DNA from: a virus
DNA length: 64,000 nt
Reading direction: 5' to 3' (one strand)
IMG/VR virus record: IMGVR_UViG_3300023112_000009
Location: 61,610-125,609 of that record
Numbering within the stretch: the stretch's first letter is position 1; the number at the start of each line of letters is the position of its first letter. The position numbers and the translations under genes were made by a program. Positions 1 through 8,151 of this stretch are shown here, one piece after another. The notes below the pieces were generated by a model. The model worked only from the letters and a program-made list of their open reading frames with translations, had not been told where the DNA came from and did not search any database.

Positions 1-88
1 AGTAGGACTAGTCTCTTCATGCTACCATTATACACCAGAAGCGGAGCAAGTCAAGCTCCGCTTCTAGTTTTTTATCTCTTACTGACGA

Positions 89-508
89 TTAGAAGAGTTG
101 TTCGTCAGTACCGCCTTCGCCACCACCAGTTGTGGCAGGAACCTTTTCACCGGGTTCGTCACCGCCCACGCTGGGAGCCCCGGAACCACCGCTGTTGCCA
201 ACGAAGAAGAAACCATTGACGTTTTCAAGCTGAACTTCTAGCTTGGTACGCTTCTCGCCTTCGTCGTTCGTCCAACTGTTCGGGATAAGATTGCCCCTGA
301 TAAGGATTTGCTTACCTTTTTCAAGGTGCTTGCCCATGATCTCGGCCTGCTTGCCAAAACCAACACAGTCCACGAAGGTAGTGGTCTTGCGATCACCGAA
401 GCCATTGTTAACAGCAATGGTAAATCGTACGACGTTATTTTCTTGACCCATCACCTTGGGGTCATCAACAAGGTTGCCTTGGGCAATAAATTGATTGAGA
501 TTACTCAT
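89..508 (-). CDS. ssb: Single-stranded DNA-binding protein
   Basis: OB-fold SSB motifs (GNLVDDP, FTIAVN, FVDCVGFGKQAE, KGKQILIRG); Gly-rich linker and acidic tail ending DEQLF. Confidence 0.95.
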   Translation of the reverse strand: MSNLNQFIAQGNLVDDPKVMGQENNVVRFTIAVNNGFGDRKTTTFVDCVGFGKQAEIMGKHLEKGKQILIRGNLIPNSWTNDEGEKRTKLEVQLENVNGFFFVGNSGGSGAPSVGGDEPGEKVPATTGGGEGGTDEQLF

Positions 509-516
509 ATTTATGT

Positions 517-1089
517 TCAGCTACCAGTGGTTTCAATACCATCTGCCACAGTGATAGCTTCTTCCTGTGCGACGGGGGTTTGAGGTTGTTTAGACGCTAC
601 GACTTCGGCCAACGCTTGTTCGCGTGTCAGGTCGCCAGCTTTAAACCTGACGTTTTGTTCACGAGACATACGAAAGCGATGCTTGGCTCCAGTGGCAGCT
701 TCGGCTAGATCCGTAAAGTTTTTCAAAGTCAGTGCGGGATCAAGATACACCGAGTCAGGTACTTCGGGCTTGCGGCCTTGTAGTTTTTCTAGGCCACCGT
801 TAGCCAAGAACTCTTGAAAGGCCCCTTCGCGGGTCAACGACATTGAATCGTTCCAGCCATCAATGATTTCAAGGGATTCTTTTACCCAATTGAACGGCTT
901 GCCTTTGTTGTTACGGGAATTCTCAAGAACGTTAGCTGCATCTTCAATACTGAGTCCACTAAAGGTGGAACGAGCAGCAGCGTCAAGAGAGGTAAGTGCG
1001 ATACGTGCAGCTTGATTTTTGGTCACTCGAAAACGAAAGCCCGTTTCCTTTGCGAAGTTGTCAAGCGTGAGGTTAGTTGTTGTTGTCAT
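517..1089 (-). CDS. Hypothetical protein with two copies of a short G-x-RF-R-x-[TS]-[KR]...LTRE-x-A module
   Basis: 190-aa ORF co-oriented with ssb; internal repeat visible. Confidence 0.7.
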   Translation of the reverse strand: MTTTTNLTLDNFAKETGFRFRVTKNQAARIALTSLDAAARSTFSGLSIEDAANVLENSRNNKGKPFNWVKESLEIIDGWNDSMSLTREGAFQEFLANGGLEKLQGRKPEVPDSVYLDPALTLKNFTDLAEAATGAKHRFRMSREQNVRFKAGDLTREQALAEVVASKQPQTPVAQEEAITVADGIETTGS

Positions 1090-1412
1090 GTGTTTACCTT
1101 TTACTGGGAGGAGTACATATACATTATGACACCTTGGCAGTAGAGTGTAAGGGGGATTCTTAAGTTTTCTACAGGCGTAAGTCTTTATCTAGCATTAGGT
1201 TAGGTCAATGATCCTGTCGGCACATTCGATTGCTTGTGAGGTCAGATCAGACGTATCGAACTTCTCCTTTCTAGTGTTGGATAGCATACCAGAGAGAATC
1301 TGAGCAACCATCAGTCTCTTGAGGTCACGCTGTGATAGTATGGGCTTGAGAGATTTAATCTTAATCGGTTTTTGAAAAACCAGAGGAGTAGTAGATCTGG
1401 GATTTTTCCTAC

Positions 1413-1670
1413 TCATGACATTCGGTGTTTCAATGCATTTCGTTTCCGTTCTTCTTCTTTATCTTTCAGCCAATCATTCCAACGAGTACAATATATGCTA
1501 ATCAGAGGTGCAACAAAGGCAAGTATAAACGTAACCGGGACAGCGAAGCAGCATAGGATTAATACTATCTCAGCCAAGATGAAAAATAATCCGAAGGAGC
1601 CTGGTACAGCGGGGTCAGCGTGTGCTAAAAACATCGCGATCAGCATTAGGGTGGGGTTTGATAGCCTCAA
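1413..1670 (-). CDS. Small membrane protein
   Basis: Long hydrophobic stretch followed by a charged tail. Confidence 0.5.
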   Translation of the reverse strand: MRLSNPTLMLIAMFLAHADPAVPGSFGLFFILAEIVLILCCFAVPVTFILAFVAPLISIYCTRWNDWLKDKEEERKRNALKHRMS

Positions 1671-1718
1671 TCGTGGTAGGCTGAATGATTAGTTCGCTCA
1701 TAGTAAGTAAAAAGTGTG

Positions 1719-1805
1719 TGGTACAGGAAGGGGGACTCGAACCCCCACACCATTTCTGATACGAGATCCTAAATCTCGTGCGGCTACCAATTACGCCATT
1801 CCTGC
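1719..1805 (-). tRNA. tRNA-Leu(TAG)
   Basis: Cloverleaf: GCAGGAA acceptor, loop TT-TAG-GA, long variable arm, GTTCGAG T-loop, encoded CCA. Confidence 0.92.
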
Positions 1806-1898
1806 ATGGCTCTCTCCGACAGAAAAAATTTCTGTGGGATTCCTTCAGTTCGATTAACCTTTGATATTATCTATAGTTAGTGAATGTCGGAGAGAGTG

Positions 1899-2048
1899 TT
1901 ATTCGTCTTCCAGGATTTCTTGGGCATCTGCATACCCTTCCCAGTTGTCAACGCCAGCAGCTTGTAGTGCCCGAAGGAACTGCTGATCTTCCAAGAGTTG
2001 TTCGTGCTCTGCACGAGTGAGAGTGACTGTTTCGTTTTGTTCGTTCAT
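1899..2048 (-). CDS. Small phage protein (49 aa, AAGVDNWEGY motif), probably leaderless
   Basis: MNEQNE...LRALQAAGVDNWEGY...; TTGACA..TATAAT promoter ends 6 nt before the ATG. Confidence 0.7.
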   Translation of the reverse strand: MNEQNETVTLTRAEHEQLLEDQQFLRALQAAGVDNWEGYADAQEILEDE

Positions 2049-2064
2049 GACTACATTATACTCG

Positions 2065-2274
2065 TTATTGCTCGTGTGTCAAGTTATTCCACTCAAAACT
2101 AGTAAATTTGGATCCTTCTTTTACAACCCAGGTGGCGTGTCCATTATCTACTGCTTCTTGACGAACTGAGTCTTTTCCAGCATCCATAATTGTGCCAATA
2201 ACAGCAATGATAGAAAGTATTACTAATATTGCAAGGCCCAACGTTATTAGATTATCTTTAGTTTTATATTTCAT
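2065..2274 (-). CDS. Small membrane-anchored protein
   Basis: N-terminal TM helix. Confidence 0.6.
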   Translation of the reverse strand: MKYKTKDNLITLGLAILVILSIIAVIGTIMDAGKDSVRQEAVDNGHATWVVKEGSKFTSFEWNNLTHEQ

Positions 2275-2281
2275 AGTTATT

Positions 2282-2370
2282 TGGTGGGAGTGGTAGGATT
2301 TGAACCCACGACGGAGCTTTCGCTCATCCGGTTAAAAGCCGGGTATCTTCGGCCACTTGATTACACTCCC
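2282..2370 (-). tRNA. tRNA-Lys(TTT) with a non-canonical long variable arm
   Basis: Loop CT-TTT-AA; extra GAGC-GAAA-GCTC arm; CCA end. Confidence 0.85.
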
Positions 2371-2399
2371 TTGACTTCATTCTTACGAACGAAGTGAGT

Positions 2400-2476
2400 T
2401 GGTACGGGCGGAAGGATTCGAACCCTCGTTTTTCAGCTTAGAAGGCTGATGCATTGGTCCACTATGCTACGCCCGC
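2400..2476 (-). tRNA. tRNA-Arg(TCT)
   Basis: Canonical cloverleaf, loop CT-TCT-AA, CCA. Confidence 0.92.
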
Positions 2477-2505
2477 ATTTTCGCTTCGCTCAAAGAGCGA
2501 ATGTT

Positions 2506-2585
2506 TGGTCGGCCCCCTGGGATTTGAACCCAGATCTGACGGATTAAGAGTCCGCCTCTTGCACCAATCCACAACCAACAGTCCG
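2506..2585 (-). tRNA. tRNA-Lys(CTT), degenerate acceptor and D arm (possible pseudo-tRNA)
   Basis: Good anticodon arm (CT-CTT-AA) and T arm; mismatched acceptor stem. Confidence 0.6.
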
Positions 2586-2626
2586 TTGTCTTGTCAACGT
2601 GCTTAAAGAACAACTGAATTGGATCC

Positions 2627-3085
2627 TTACGATTCATAATCCTCAATGTCTTTTGGAAAATGAAACCTTGTTAATGCTTCACCTATACCAAGGTCAAGAA
2701 TGTGGTTTAGAAGTTTCGTGTTGTCTCCGTCGTACGGAGAGTCTAACAGGGTTCCAAACCAACCGTACCACTTTTCATCAAGAACTATTTCAACAGGCCC
2801 ATTTGGGAGTCGTTCGAAATAACTAGACTCAACGCCAGCAGCAGGACGAATCTTGATCGTAATATCGCCCTTTCGTGACGTAGATGCTCGCGGCGTGGGG
2901 CGACTACCAACAGCACCAGCCGGAAGATCGTTGGCTTCCCTTAGGCGTAGTTCCAACGCTTTTTCAGCAGTCAGCCCCATTGCCATTTCTTCCTTAGTAC
3001 GCTTGAAACGCTTAGCTCCCATCACTTCCTTGTAAGAAGCAATGTCGTGAATGAGAGTTGCCTGATGAGAGGAAATTTCGTTCAT
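2627..3085 (-). CDS. Hypothetical protein, probably leaderless
   Basis: ATG at 3085 lies 5 nt after TTGACA-N17-TATACT. Confidence 0.7.
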   Translation of the reverse strand: MNEISSHQATLIHDIASYKEVMGAKRFKRTKEEMAMGLTAEKALELRLREANDLPAGAVGSRPTPRASTSRKGDITIKIRPAAGVESSYFERLPNGPVEIVLDEKWYGWFGTLLDSPYDGDNTKLLNHILDLGIGEALTRFHFPKDIEDYES

Positions 3086-3126
3086 ACTCAAGTATAGCAC
3101 GATTTTCGTGCTTGTCAAGTTTTATT

Positions 3127-3204
3127 TGGAGGTAAGTGTGGGATTTGAACCTACAATCGCCCGATTCGTAGTCGGGAGCCCTGGTCCAGTTAGGCCACGG
3201 GTGC
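3127..3204 (-). pseudogene. Chimeric tRNA-Arg(ACG) with non-pairing acceptor stem
   Basis: 5' GCACCCG cannot pair with 3' ACTTACC; anticodon arm CT-ACG-AA intact. Confidence 0.7.
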
Positions 3205-3210
3205 ATGTGT

Positions 3211-3285
3211 TGGTTGGGAATACGGGACTTGAACCCATAGCCCTGGCTTATGAGGCCAGGATGTTGCCGATTACACCAATTCCCT
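3211..3285 (-). tRNA. tRNA with CAT anticodon (Met or Ile2)
   Basis: Loop CT-CAT-AA, T arm, CCA; 1:72 mismatch. Confidence 0.85.
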
Positions 3286-3290
3286 GTGTT

Positions 3291-3731
3291 CTATAGCCTT
3301 ACGTTAACTTTCAGGCCGTTCGAGGTGTTGAATTGACTGCCGAAACCCGGATCACGGTACCAAGCTTGGAAGTAAATGGTATCACCAGGAGAAGCAAAGT
3401 CAAGTGTGGCTTGCCAGTTTTGTTCGCCGGTTGCAGAAGTGTACTTCGTGCCACCAATAAACTGAGAATATCCAGGATGGAGACAGAGCCAACCATCACC
3501 GAAGGGGAGTTCCATGGGGACGGTGCCGTACATGATGCCGCAGTAACGATTGCCAACCATATTGGTGACATTCATACTACAGTCATCAAGAGCGAGACTG
3601 GAGGTGCCTTCTCCAACGATAACGGCTCCAATTCCCCAGGAGTTATCACCTGATTGGCAATAGGACTCGAAATCGGGGGTGTTGCCGCTCATCAGAAGGG
3701 GGAGTGCTAGAAGGAGTGCTTTCATATTCAA
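3291..3731 (-). CDS. Secreted protein resembling a Planctomycetota C-terminal domain
   Basis: Signal peptide; YCxSxxNS, PFGDGWLC, FQAWYRDP and FNTSNGL motifs. Confidence 0.7.
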   Translation of the reverse strand: MNMKALLLALPLLMSGNTPDFESYCQSGDNSWGIGAVIVGEGTSSLALDDCSMNVTNMVGNRYCGIMYGTVPMELPFGDGWLCLHPGYSQFIGGTKYTSATGEQNWQATLDFASPGDTIYFQAWYRDPGFGSQFNTSNGLKVNVRL

Positions 3732-3776
3732 TAGAAGGGGTTAGGGGGTAAGTTGACTAATTATACCCTCAAGGGC

Positions 3777-5222
3777 TCAGTCTGTCAAGTAGGATTTCGG
3801 ATTTGTGCAGTCGTAGTCCTGTGAAGATCCATTAACTCCACGACTTTCATTAGCTGCATTGAAATGCTCAAAACTATCATAACCAAAAATGCCAATATTG
3901 TACATACCATTGTATGGACGGTACATTTCATGGCCGTTGTGGTTAGAGTGATTTAGTGTTTCTGAATAATCAGGAACCCAAATCGGAAACGTGTTTCTAA
4001 AGTTTGCAAGAATGTCGTCCAGGCCAAGCTCTTCATAAACAGAAGCTAAAAGCTGTGCTTGGAATCCACGAGTCAAGGGAACGTCCCCCATAACTTCAAA
4101 AATGTGTTGAGGTACGTTTTCGTCTCTCAAGCATACGCCATCTGGTGTGACCACACGACGAATAGCTGCAATGAAAAGTCGTCTCCACTTCTTACGCTCT
4201 CTGCGTCCTATGTACGGTGACACAGACAAGAAGCAACGAATTACATGATAGAAACCACGGTCAGCCCAGCGAGCCCCTTGGTTGGGTTCAGCAGAACGCA
4301 TTCTCTTGGTTAACGACCAGAACAAGTTGTTGTAATCGTTATTTCCAGCGGCACCCTCAAGGTTCATCTTGCAGTCGTTCCAAACCCACTTCATGAACAT
4401 GCGTGCAAATGGATCATAAGGAGCAAGCTGCCACGCCGCACGAATCATACGCCACAAGTGCGTGTAATCGTGAGCCTGATAGTGCATCAGCCATTCGCTA
4501 TATTCACACCAGTTGTCGGGCCAACTGTTAAACTGAGGCAATTCATGCTGATATGTTCTACCAAGCCAGTACTTTTCATTAAGCTGTAATGGTTTACCAT
4601 TTCTAGGCTTTAAACAAGCAATAGGTGAACGACAAACCTCGCCATAGAACTCAAGCGAACGAAGTTGGTATCCTTCTTTGCACTTGGTCCAATCAGAGAA
4701 GGGGGCGATGCCCGCTCCACCGTGCGAATCACTGAGCGTGTGGAACTTATTCCAAAAAGGCTTATACGGCCCGTACGAGTCTTCGCTGCGGTTGTGATAC
4801 TTGTCTATGGCAACCTTTGCTTTATGCGGCAGCCATTCCGGCACCCATTCCTCAGGAATGTGCTTGTAGTCCCTAACTTGGTCTGCGTCAGGTCCGGTAA
4901 CAAAACGCTCGGCAATGATGCCGCGAGGACGGATCATGTGTTTGCCGCTATACTCGCGAACTTCTCCGTCTACCTCAATTTTAAGATTTGTGAAATACTT
5001 GGTTCCCTTGTTACGGAAACCATTAGCAATACTTACAACAACCTCAGTCGCGTCGAAGTTATTGTGCTGCGTTAATGTAATGTGTAACGCCTGACCCAGA
5101 AGTCTCTTATACTTCTGAGTCCATCGCAAGTATCTTTCTTTTCTCCAGTGTAGCCCGCCGCTTAAAACATACTCCTCACGGGAGCCGTCGCGGAGTTCCA
5201 TACTTACTTTTATATCAAACAT
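3777..5222 (-). CDS. Hypothetical protein (481 aa)
   Basis: Long aromatic-rich ORF; no recognised motif. Confidence 0.75.
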   Translation of the reverse strand: MFDIKVSMELRDGSREEYVLSGGLHWRKERYLRWTQKYKRLLGQALHITLTQHNNFDATEVVVSIANGFRNKGTKYFTNLKIEVDGEVREYSGKHMIRPRGIIAERFVTGPDADQVRDYKHIPEEWVPEWLPHKAKVAIDKYHNRSEDSYGPYKPFWNKFHTLSDSHGGAGIAPFSDWTKCKEGYQLRSLEFYGEVCRSPIACLKPRNGKPLQLNEKYWLGRTYQHELPQFNSWPDNWCEYSEWLMHYQAHDYTHLWRMIRAAWQLAPYDPFARMFMKWVWNDCKMNLEGAAGNNDYNNLFWSLTKRMRSAEPNQGARWADRGFYHVIRCFLSVSPYIGRRERKKWRRLFIAAIRRVVTPDGVCLRDENVPQHIFEVMGDVPLTRGFQAQLLASVYEELGLDDILANFRNTFPIWVPDYSETLNHSNHNGHEMYRPYNGMYNIGIFGYDSFEHFNAANESRGVNGSSQDYDCTNPKSYLTD

Positions 5223-5270
5223 GTTGCCATCCGTTCTATAAGAGGACCATCCCCCTTATAGAATAGTACC

Positions 5271-5774
5271 CTAGAAGGGCCAGATTTCAAGCTGATAATC
5301 GCTAACGTTGTTTAACGAGGTGATACCCACTACAAAGCCGTAATTGCTTTGCGGCACAGGAAATCCAGTAACCTGTAACGAGCCAGGGTCTCCAATGAAG
5401 GAGTATACCAAATCGTGTACAATGATGGTTTCGCCTTCGTCCTGAATGAGACTGCGACCCCACACATTAAGATTAAGCGTTGTGTCTGCTTCGCTGTCTA
5501 GTGCAAGGTTCATCAGAACTTCGTCCTGTGAAATAAACCAGTAGTAGTCTTGTTCTGTCGGGTCGGTGTCGCCACAAACGAAATACCTATCAGGAATCTC
5601 AAAGTGGCCAATGAACTGCGGTAGCGGCAGCGTGGATCCGCCAGTCTCCCAATCGGTGCAGTCTTCGTGAATCTGCGGAGGGTCGGGCGGTTCGTGGTTG
5701 GTCTGCGGGCTCTCTGTCTTCTGCTGATGGCAGCTAGCCAGCAGAAGTAGAACCGCTGTTAGTTTTCTTAGCAT
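5271..5774 (-). CDS. Putative lipoprotein with a beta-rich (PPC-like) domain
   Basis: Lipobox LLASC; DYYWF motif. Confidence 0.6.
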   Translation of the reverse strand: MLRKLTAVLLLLASCHQQKTESPQTNHEPPDPPQIHEDCTDWETGGSTLPLPQFIGHFEIPDRYFVCGDTDPTEQDYYWFISQDEVLMNLALDSEADTTLNLNVWGRSLIQDEGETIIVHDLVYSFIGDPGSLQVTGFPVPQSNYGFVVGITSLNNVSDYQLEIWPF

Positions 5775-5803
5775 CTTTATTCTTTATGGTCTTTCAGTAA
5801 AGG

Positions 5804-5880
5804 TGGTGGCCCTAGCGGGAGTCGAACCCGCAAACCTCCGATTTTAAGTCGGATCCATATGCCAATTCTGGTACAGGGCC
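5804..5880 (-). tRNA. tRNA-Leu(TAA) with short variable loop
   Basis: Loop CT-TAA-AA; 77 nt; CCA. Confidence 0.88.
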
Positions 5881-5888
5881 GAGTTGTT

Positions 5889-5962
5889 TGGTCAGGCTAC
5901 TAGGAATCGAACCTAGACTGGATGTTCCCAAAACACCCGTGCGGCCATAACACTTTAGCCTG
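5889..5962 (-). tRNA. tRNA-Pro(TGG)
   Basis: Loop TT-TGG-GA; CAGGCTA/TAGCCTG acceptor; CCA. Confidence 0.88.
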
Positions 5963-5969
5963 ATTGTAT

Positions 5970-6058
5970 TGGCTCATGGACTAGGATTCGAACCTAGGAT
6001 GGAGATTTCTCTCGTTGGGTTAACGGCCCAATGCCTTCGACCGCTCGGCCATCCATGA
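5970..6058 (-). tRNA. tRNA-Asn(GTT) with long variable arm and Ser-like D arm
   Basis: Loop CC-GTT-AA; GAGA-GAAA-TCTC arm; G73, CCA. Confidence 0.85.
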
Positions 6059-6245
6059 ATGTTACTGTCTTCTGCACTTCAACAACTTGACAGTTTCGAA
6101 GGCTGTGAAAACGGCTTTGTGCTTTACTCGCTTCGCTTCGTGAAGCGTAGCTGTTGACTGCTTCCGCAGGATGCCCAGAGGTCCATCCGTGACGAACTCT
6201 AACGAATGATTCCGACTCAGGGCAGTAGATGATGAATCTGTTCAT
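5994..6245 (-). CDS. Hypothetical small protein whose 3' end overlaps tRNA-Asn
   Basis: ATG 6 nt after TTGACT-N17-TATACT. Confidence 0.45.
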   Translation of the reverse strand: MNRFIIYCPESESFVRVRHGWTSGHPAEAVNSYASRSEASKAQSRFHSLRNCQVVEVQKTVTFMDGRAVEGIGPLTQREKSPS

Positions 6246-6295
6246 GTTCAAAGTATAGCACGATTCTCGTGCTAGTCAAGTGAATTTCAAGAAAA

Positions 6296-6371
6296 TGGAA
6301 GCGGGACTGGGACTTGAACCCAGACAGACAGGTTCAAAACCTCTCATGCTAACCGATTACATCATCCCGCT
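6296..6371 (-). tRNA. tRNA-Gln(TTG)
   Basis: Loop TT-TTG-AA; cloverleaf; CCA. Confidence 0.85.
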
Positions 6372-6376
6372 ATAGT

Positions 6377-6452
6377 TGGCAGCGGGACTGAGATTCGAAC
6401 TCAGGTGACTGGGCTCAGAACCCAGCATACTAGACCGCTGTATGATCCCGCA
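6377..6452 (-). tRNA. tRNA-Gln(CTG)
   Basis: Loop TT-CTG-AG; cloverleaf; CCA. Confidence 0.88.
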
Positions 6453-6522
6453 CTACTTACCATAAAAGGTCGAAACGCCCTTTCATGACTTGTTTCAGCT
6501 TACTTGTTTTCTTGTGTTGTAT

Positions 6523-6596
6523 TGGTAGGCAATGAGGGTAACGATCCCCCGTCTTCGGTATGTAACACCGACGTTCTTCCATTGAACTAATCGCCC
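6523..6596 (-). tRNA. tRNA-Val(TAC)
   Basis: Loop GT-TAC-AT; atypical T-loop ATCGTTA; CCA. Confidence 0.8.
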
Positions 6597-6604
6597 GTGT
6601 GTGT

Positions 6605-6678
6605 TGGAGCCCCCACCAGGAATTGAACCAGGATTTCAAGTTTACAAAACTAGTGTTTTACCATTAAACTATAGGGGC
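6605..6678 (-). tRNA. tRNA-Thr(TGT)
   Basis: GCCCCTA acceptor; loop TT-TGT-AA; CCA. Confidence 0.88.
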
Positions 6679-6749
6679 TAATTTACGTGTTTCCAGGTTT
6701 TGCCTATCAATTTGGACAATTGATTAACTTTATTCCAAAATCTTTTCAT
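6678..6749 (-). pseudogene. Internally deleted HNH homing endonuclease remnant
   Basis: Encodes MKRFWNKVNQLSKLIGKTWKHVN, i.e. the N- and C-terminal ends typical of the HNH genes at 8231 and 20294. Confidence 0.65.
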
Positions 6750-7306
6750 TATCTGTCATATGCCATTTGTAATCTCGTACGTACTTGATCCATACCATCG
6801 TGAGCATTCACAAGATTTGGATTTTGTGTTGGACAATTCACTATCCCCAGTCCGCGTGGGCGATTTTGCAGCCAAAGCTCCATAAAAGGAAGATAGTCAT
6901 CCACGAATACACGACCGTAAGCAATGCGTTTGTCGTCAGTGATATGTAGCGTGGCTTCGGGAAGATTCTCTCGTACCCAATCAACCTTCTCACTCCAGGC
7001 TACTGAGCCTGTCGTGGGGCCTTTGGTAAGAACATGAATGTCAAATCCGATCTCGCGAGCGATATCGAGTACATCCCAACCCCATTGCAGCTTCGGAAGG
7101 TTACGCCAGAATCCAGGTTCCTTTTTGATTGCCTGGGCTCGTGCATACCAGTGATCGGGCATAGCCCACAGATTTTCAGGGATCTCTTCTTCTGGACCTT
7201 TCATGCGAAGCAAAGCTTCACGGAGCGGACCTTGAAAATTGACAAGGGTTTCGTCCATATCGAAGAGTGCGATCTTGTCACTATCGAACTTGGGTGCGTT
7301 CATCAT
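6749..7306 (-). CDS. HAD-family 5'(3')-deoxyribonucleotidase
   Basis: FDMDETL motif I, FWRNLP, EKVDWV, FVDD; promoter TTGACA-N17-TATACT upstream of ATG 7306. Confidence 0.88.
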   Translation of the reverse strand: MMNAPKFDSDKIALFDMDETLVNFQGPLREALLRMKGPEEEIPENLWAMPDHWYARAQAIKKEPGFWRNLPKLQWGWDVLDIAREIGFDIHVLTKGPTTGSVAWSEKVDWVRENLPEATLHITDDKRIAYGRVFVDDYLPFMELWLQNRPRGLGIVNCPTQNPNLVNAHDGMDQVRTRLQMAYDR

Positions 7307-7361
7307 GATATTTAGTATACCCTCGTTTTGACCGCTGTCAAACAGTACCGGGGGTATTATT

Positions 7362-7436
7362 TGGAACCGCATGCGAGGCTCGAACTCGCTTATCAAACTT
7401 GGAAGGCTTGCGTGTCACCCGTTACACTTATGCGGC
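7362..7436 (-). tRNA. tRNA-Gly(TCC)
   Basis: Loop CT-TCC-AA; U73; CCA. Confidence 0.88.
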
Positions 7437-7492
7437 ATATTCTTGTTTTCTCAAAAATGCTAGAAGCTTCTGAGATCCCCTTAAGGGGTGTA

Positions 7493-7572
7493 TGGTTGGC
7501 CCCGCAGGACTCGCACCTGCATTTCCTCCTGTAAATAGGAGGTGTCCTAGCTTGTTTTTAGACGAAAAGCCA
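7493..7572 (-). tRNA. tRNA-like gene with aberrant anticodon loop (TATTTACA), Glu/Asp-like body
   Basis: CCTCC/GGAGG stem closing an 8-nt loop; T arm GCAGG/CCTGC; CCA. Confidence 0.6.
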
Positions 7573-7649
7573 TTACTCAAAATCAATCAGATCGCAGTGA
7601 TTTTGGGTGTTTTCATATGATTTTCGATCATAAATGATCAGAATCTATT

Positions 7650-7968
7650 CGTTCGCAGTGATTCCTTCTCCTACGATGTTCGGTGACTGCTGTACTAGCT
7701 TCAAAGGATATTGTCCTTGAGTTTTGGCTTACCATGCCCAAGGACTCGCCTCCACCATTACAACTCACGGAGGTCGGCTCCGGTCTCTCCGAGACTAGGG
7801 GCTTTTGTTACGACTGTCATGTCGTTTCTACATCATGGGGCTTGTCGCCACCCCCACTAGCCACTAACAATGGCGTGTTCAAAAGCTAGAAAGGGTTTGC
7901 GGCCCTACGAGTTACCCTAGTTATCCTAGGTTCTAGGAAAGGCGTTACTGTTATCTCGCCTAGCTTGT
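7650..7968 (-). ncRNA. Candidate large structured ncRNA
   Basis: ORF-poor interval in the tRNA operon with many nested stems; strand inferred from the operon. Confidence 0.5.
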
Positions 7969-7970
7969 AT

Positions 7971-8059
7971 TGGTGCCGCATCTGGGTAATGCTCCCAGCG
8001 GGGCCTTTACGGCCACGAGGGTTACAGCCTCGGCCCTCTCTTTAGGGGTCTACTACGAC
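7971..8059 (-). tRNA. tRNA-Tyr(GTA) with atypical D and T loops
   Basis: Loop CT-GTA-AC; variable arm GGCC-GTAAA-GGCC; CCA. Confidence 0.78.
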
Positions 8060-8151
8060 GTTCGCTCCGCTCACGGAGCTTGAAAATACAATATCCACGA
8101 ACTAGATTTTGCCTTCGACAGTTACTAAAGCTGTCTGAATATTGCATTGTT

